NCBI GenBank assembly: GCA_964534375.1
Contig: CAZHPN010000052.1
Coordinates: forward strand, 4,246-33,550
Length of the DNA: 29,305 bases
From: an uncultured bacterium
GTDB lineage: Bacteria > Lernaellota > Lernaellaia > Lernaellales > Lernaellaceae
Direction: 5' to 3'
The notes beneath the pieces are model-generated. The model saw nothing but the letters and a program-made list of their open reading frames with translations, was not told the DNA's origin and did not search any database. Numbering within the stretch: the first letter of the stretch is position 1; each line of letters starts with the position of its first letter. The translations under genes were made by a program, and so were the position numbers. Positions 25,893-29,305 of the stretch are shown here, one piece after another.

Positions 25893-26804
25893 ATGCCTAC
25901 GACCCGAACGATTCGCAAGGTGTTGAAAGCGAAAACGACCCTCGAAGGCGCGGGCGTCCATCTGCACCGCGCCATCGGCAACGGCGACGCGCCGATGTTC
26001 GACCCGTTTTTGCTGTTGGACGATTTCCGCAACGACATCCCGGCGCATTATCTCAAGGGTTTTCCGTGGCACCCGCACCGCGGGATCGAGACGATCACCT
26101 ACATGCTCGCGGGCAACGTGGAGCACGGCGACAGCATGGGCAATAAAGGCGTGATCTCGGCGGGCGACATCCAATGGATGACGGCGGGCAGCGGCATCAT
26201 TCATCAGGAAATGCCGAAGGGCGACCGCGAAGGGCTGATGTACGGCTTTCAGCTTTGGGCCAATCTGCCGCGCTCGCACAAGATGATGGACCCGCGCTAC
26301 CGCGGCATCGTCAGCAGCGAGGTGCCGGTGGCGGAGTTGGCCGGCGGCGTGAACGTCCGCGTCATTTGCGGCAAGGTCGACGGCCAGGTCGGGCCGGTGC
26401 GCGATGTCGTCACCGATCCGGAATATCTGGACGTGAGCGTGCCCGCCGGGGCCGAATTCACGCACCCCACGGCGCGCGGCCACACGGTGTTCGCCTACGT
26501 CATCGACGGCAAAGGCAGCTTTTGCGGCGTGAACGATCCGTTCGCCTACGAGGCGGAAGGCGTCAACTATTTCGACATGGACCGCGACCCGTTCCTCGGC
26601 AACCGTACGCTCGTTTTCTTCAACGACGGCGACCGGATCGCCGCGACCGGCGGCGACGAAGGCGTGCGTTTCTTGCTGATCTCGGGCCGGCCGATCGGCG
26701 AGCCCGTGGCGTGGTACGGCCCGATCGTGATGAACACCGAGGAAGAACTGCGCGTCGCGTTCGACGAGTATCGCCGCGGCACGTTCATCAAGAAACGGAA
26801 ATAA
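25893..26804 (+). CDS. Pirin-family protein
   Basis: DPFLLLD, GFPWHPHRGIETITY, H.DSMG, QWMTAGSGIIHQE, QLWANLP, YGPIVMNT. GGAGG RBS. Confidence 0.95.
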   Translation: MPTTRTIRKVLKAKTTLEGAGVHLHRAIGNGDAPMFDPFLLLDDFRNDIPAHYLKGFPWHPHRGIETITYMLAGNVEHGDSMGNKGVISAGDIQWMTAGSGIIHQEMPKGDREGLMYGFQLWANLPRSHKMMDPRYRGIVSSEVPVAELAGGVNVRVICGKVDGQVGPVRDVVTDPEYLDVSVPAGAEFTHPTARGHTVFAYVIDGKGSFCGVNDPFAYEAEGVNYFDMDRDPFLGNRTLVFFNDGDRIAATGGDEGVRFLLISGRPIGEPVAWYGPIVMNTEEELRVAFDEYRRGTFIKKRK

Positions 26805-26805
26805 C

Positions 26806-26955
26806 TAGTGGTCGGTGGTCAGTGGTCAGCGAACAGCGAACAGTGAACAGCGAACAATGAACAGTGAACGACGAACAGTGAACAGTCGCCAGGTATCCGA
26901 CGCAAAGCGCCCGATCAATCACTCCGCGCCACTGGCCACTGGCCACTGACCACTA
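26806..26955. repeat. Nested heptamer arrays with inverted outer arms
   Basis: (AGTGGTC)x3 ... (ACTGGCC/ACTGACC)x3 inverted, enclosing about nine (G[T/C]GAACA)-type units. Confidence 0.75.
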
Positions 26956-27048
26956 TCGAAGCACTGGAATTTACCGTGACGGTTGCGTATTATTTTGGCG
27001 TGACCGTCCCCGAAAGCAGGAAGTAACATCTTCAGGAGGTAGGCCCAA

Positions 27049-27315
27049 ATGAAACGAGCCGTTTTGGTGCTGTTGCTTTTGGCGCTCGCCGTGGGCGTGC
27101 TGGCGCTCGTCGCCTGTTCCAAGCCCGAGCCGCCGCCCCCGCCGCCGCCGCCGGTCGTGCATCACGCGAAGCCAGCGGAACCGGCAGCGGCAGCGCCGAC
27201 TCCGACCCCGACCCCGCCGCCGGTCGTGCAACCGACGCCTCCGCCGGCGCCGCCCGCGGCCAAACCGGCTCCGGCGGCCAAAAAAGGCGAAGCGAAGAAG
27301 AAGAAAAAAGACTAG
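27049..27315 (+). CDS. Small Pro/Ala/Lys-rich lipoprotein
   Basis: AGGAGG RBS. MKR + hydrophobic core + LVAC lipobox. Confidence 0.75.
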   Translation: MKRAVLVLLLLALAVGVLALVACSKPEPPPPPPPPVVHHAKPAEPAAAAPTPTPTPPPVVQPTPPPAPPAAKPAPAAKKGEAKKKKKD

Positions 27316-27456
27316 CGTCAGTTTGGAAACTTCGCCGCCTCCCTGGGGCGCCCAGCCGGGCGTCTCAGGGGCGTTCGGCCGCTGGTTTGAGCGTCGCCGG
27401 CGCCGGACGGCCGCCACTGCTATGGTGAGTTCGGCCGCACGGTCGCAGCCGGGCCG

Positions 27457-27561
27457 TGGGAATCATGGGAAATACGGGAGTCATGACAGGCATGGGAAGC
27501 CTAGAGTCGCCTAACGCCCAGGGCTCCCATTACCCCCAGAACTCCCAGAATTCCCATGACT
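27457..27561. repeat. Inverted 9-mer arrays (TGGGAATCA / TTCCCATGA) between convergent genes
   Basis: TGGGAATCATGGGAAATACGGGAGTCATG ... CTCCCATTACCCCCAGAACTCCCAGAATTCCCATGACT. Confidence 0.6.
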
Positions 27562-27755
27562 GCGCGCACTAAGCCATGGCTGCTGCCCGCGCGGTTCTGC
27601 GGTGTGGTGTCTTTCGGCGGCGATTAGCCGAACGGCCCGGCCGAGCGTTTTTCACCCATAAAGTTACCGATAAATAGCCATAAATCACGACGACGCGGAG
27701 TGGTCGCCCGCTGGCGTGGAAATCGTTTCGCTTCGGTCGCGCGGCGAATATCGGG

Positions 27756-27956
27756 TCAGGTTGCCTTCTTCTTCATCCCCATCACCAACATCACGACGCC
27801 GAAGATCAACATGACGCCGCCCCACCAGAGGTTGATGTTGACGTCGAGCGAGCGGGCGTACATCGGATCGCCGCTCGTGAACGCGCCGTAGAGGGTGAGA
27901 ATCAAACCGAGCAAAGCGAACATGCCGCCGATCGGAATGCGGATATCCAGGCGCAT
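27756..27956 (-). CDS. Small two-TM membrane protein accompanying the sodium:solute symporter
   Basis: GGAGG RBS. LDIR.PIG.MF...G, NINLWWG..ML.FG. Directly downstream of the symporter. Confidence 0.8.
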   Translation of the reverse strand: MRLDIRIPIGGMFALLGLILTLYGAFTSGDPMYARSLDVNINLWWGGVMLIFGVVMLVMGMKKKAT

Positions 27957-27974
27957 GGCGGGTTCCTCCGTTTC

Positions 27975-29305
27975 TCAGTAGAACACGAGGTTGAGCACGA
28001 TGGTCAGGGCGAGCACGACGATCGCCAGCGTCGCCGGCCGCTGCCACCACGTTTTCGAATCGTCTTCGGGCTTCGGCGTCAGCGAGTAGACGAGGCCCTT
28101 GAGATCGCTTTCGGCCCGCGGCTGGGTGGCCAGGCTGATGACGATCGACACCACCAGGCAAACGGCGAAGGCCCAGATCGCCGTCCAGAAATTCTGCGAC
28201 ATTTCGCTCGGGAAGTGCTGCAAGACGCCGAGGTAGCCGCCCTTGAAGCCGACCGTCGCCCCGGCCGGCAGCGAAATCCCTTGGTGCACGGCCGCCGCCA
28301 GCGTGCCGGCGAGCAGGCCGAAGAACGCGCCGTGGCCGGTCGTGCGTTTCCAGAACATGCCGAGCGCGAAGGTGGCGAAGAGCGGCGCGTTGACGAACGC
28401 GAAGACCAACTGCAGCAAGTCCATGATGTTGTTGTACGACTTGGCGACGTACGCCGCGCCGAGCGACAGGACAATGCCGACGACGGTCGTCGCCCGCCCC
28501 ATCCAGAGCAGGTGCTCGTCGGTGGCGCCTTTATTGATATAGCCCTGATAGAGGTCGTACGTCCACACCGTGTTGAACGCCGTGACGTTGCCCGCCATCC
28601 CGGACATGAACGACGCGAGCAAGGCGGTCAGGCCCAGGCCCAGCAAGCCCGCCGGCAGCAGCGCGATGAGCATTTTCGGCGTCGCCAGGTCGTAATCGAG
28701 CACCACGCGGCCGCGGCTGTCGAAGATCGGCTTGCCGGCGTCGTCGTGCTTCGGCGGCACCAGACCCTCTTCCACGTCGGCGACGGGGGCCGCGGCGCCG
28801 GCGGCCATCGCGGCCGGCGGCTGGTGGGCCATTTTGTTGGCGTAGTCGGCGGTGAGCGCCATGGCGATCATGCCGGGCACGATGACCAGGAACGGGAACA
28901 GCATCTTGGGGACCGCGGCGATCAACGGCGTGCGGCGCGCGGCGGACATCGAATCGGCCGCCATCGCGCGTTGCACAACGAGAAAGTCGGTGCACCAGTA
29001 GCCGAACGACAGCACGAAACCCAGGCCCATGATCAGGCCGAACCACTCGACGCCGAACGGGTTGGCCGACGAGCTGCCCATGTGCGACCACGACGAGGTG
29101 TAGGCCGTCGGCGAAAAGCCGTTGGCCGTCGCGACGACCGCGAGCTTGGCCTTGAGCCCGTCCCAGCCGCCGATGCGTTTGAGGCCGAGTACGACGACGG
29201 GGATGAACCCGAAGACGATCAGGAAGAACTGCAGCACCTCGTTGTAGATGGCGCTGGTCAGGCCGCCGAGGAAAATGTAGACGAGCACGATCGCCGCCGA
29301 GATGA
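27975..29305 (-). CDS. Sodium:solute symporter (SSS) family protein, 5'-truncated by the window edge
   Basis: Y..LGGL.SAIYNEVLQ, YWCTDFLVVQRAMAA, ALLASFMS, FALGMFWKR. The frame is open to the window end. Confidence 0.93.
   Translation of the reverse strand, partial: ISAAIVLVYIFLGGLTSAIYNEVLQFFLIVFGFIPVVVLGLKRIGGWDGLKAKLAVVATANGFSPTAYTSSWSHMGSSSANPFGVEWFGLIMGLGFVLSFGYWCTDFLVVQRAMAADSMSAARRTPLIAAVPKMLFPFLVIVPGMIAMALTADYANKMAHQPPAAMAAGAAAPVADVEEGLVPPKHDDAGKPIFDSRGRVVLDYDLATPKMLIALLPAGLLGLGLTALLASFMSGMAGNVTAFNTVWTYDLYQGYINKGATDEHLLWMGRATTVVGIVLSLGAAYVAKSYNNIMDLLQLVFAFVNAPLFATFALGMFWKRTTGHGAFFGLLAGTLAAAVHQGISLPAGATVGFKGGYLGVLQHFPSEMSQNFWTAIWAFAVCLVVSIVISLATQPRAESDLKGLVYSLTPKPEDDSKTWWQRPATLAIVVLALTIVLNLVFY

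Overview
Bacterial chromosomal window, GC-rich (about 65-70% by eye in the core genes). The DUF4390-ntrY-ntrX-ispG-proS-pyrF order suggests a deltaproteobacterium-like host, but taxonomy is not proven. The left ~12 kb is accessory. It starts with a REP-like cluster and a SEC-C protein, followed by a visibly lower-GC island (~2460-9900). The island carries a tightly coupled 7-gene operon: ACP-like protein, XRE repressor, ImmA/IrrE metallopeptidase, divergent thymidylate-synthase (TS) homolog, dCTP-deaminase/dUTPase-fold protein with a TM helix, thymidylate kinase fused to a 5-hmdU-DNA-kinase/aGPT-Pplase1-type domain, and a second TS resembling a dUMP hydroxymethylase. A RelA/SpoT-domain gene converges on it. 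A 122-bp direct repeat brackets the island. The right copy lies after a RAYT transposase remnant and inside a hicB-hicB-hicA locus, which is followed by a repeat-rich spacer with a perfect parS. The operon is the best candidate for an undescribed system: a protease-gated pyrimidine-modification module, probably anti-phage. The right ~17 kb is mostly housekeeping and signalling: GATase, pyrF, proS, ispG, NtrX/NtrY-like pair, DUF4390, phosphodiesterase, CMD protein, orphan histidine kinase, pirin, lipoprotein and a sodium:solute symporter. All family calls come from motif recognition by eye; no searches were run.
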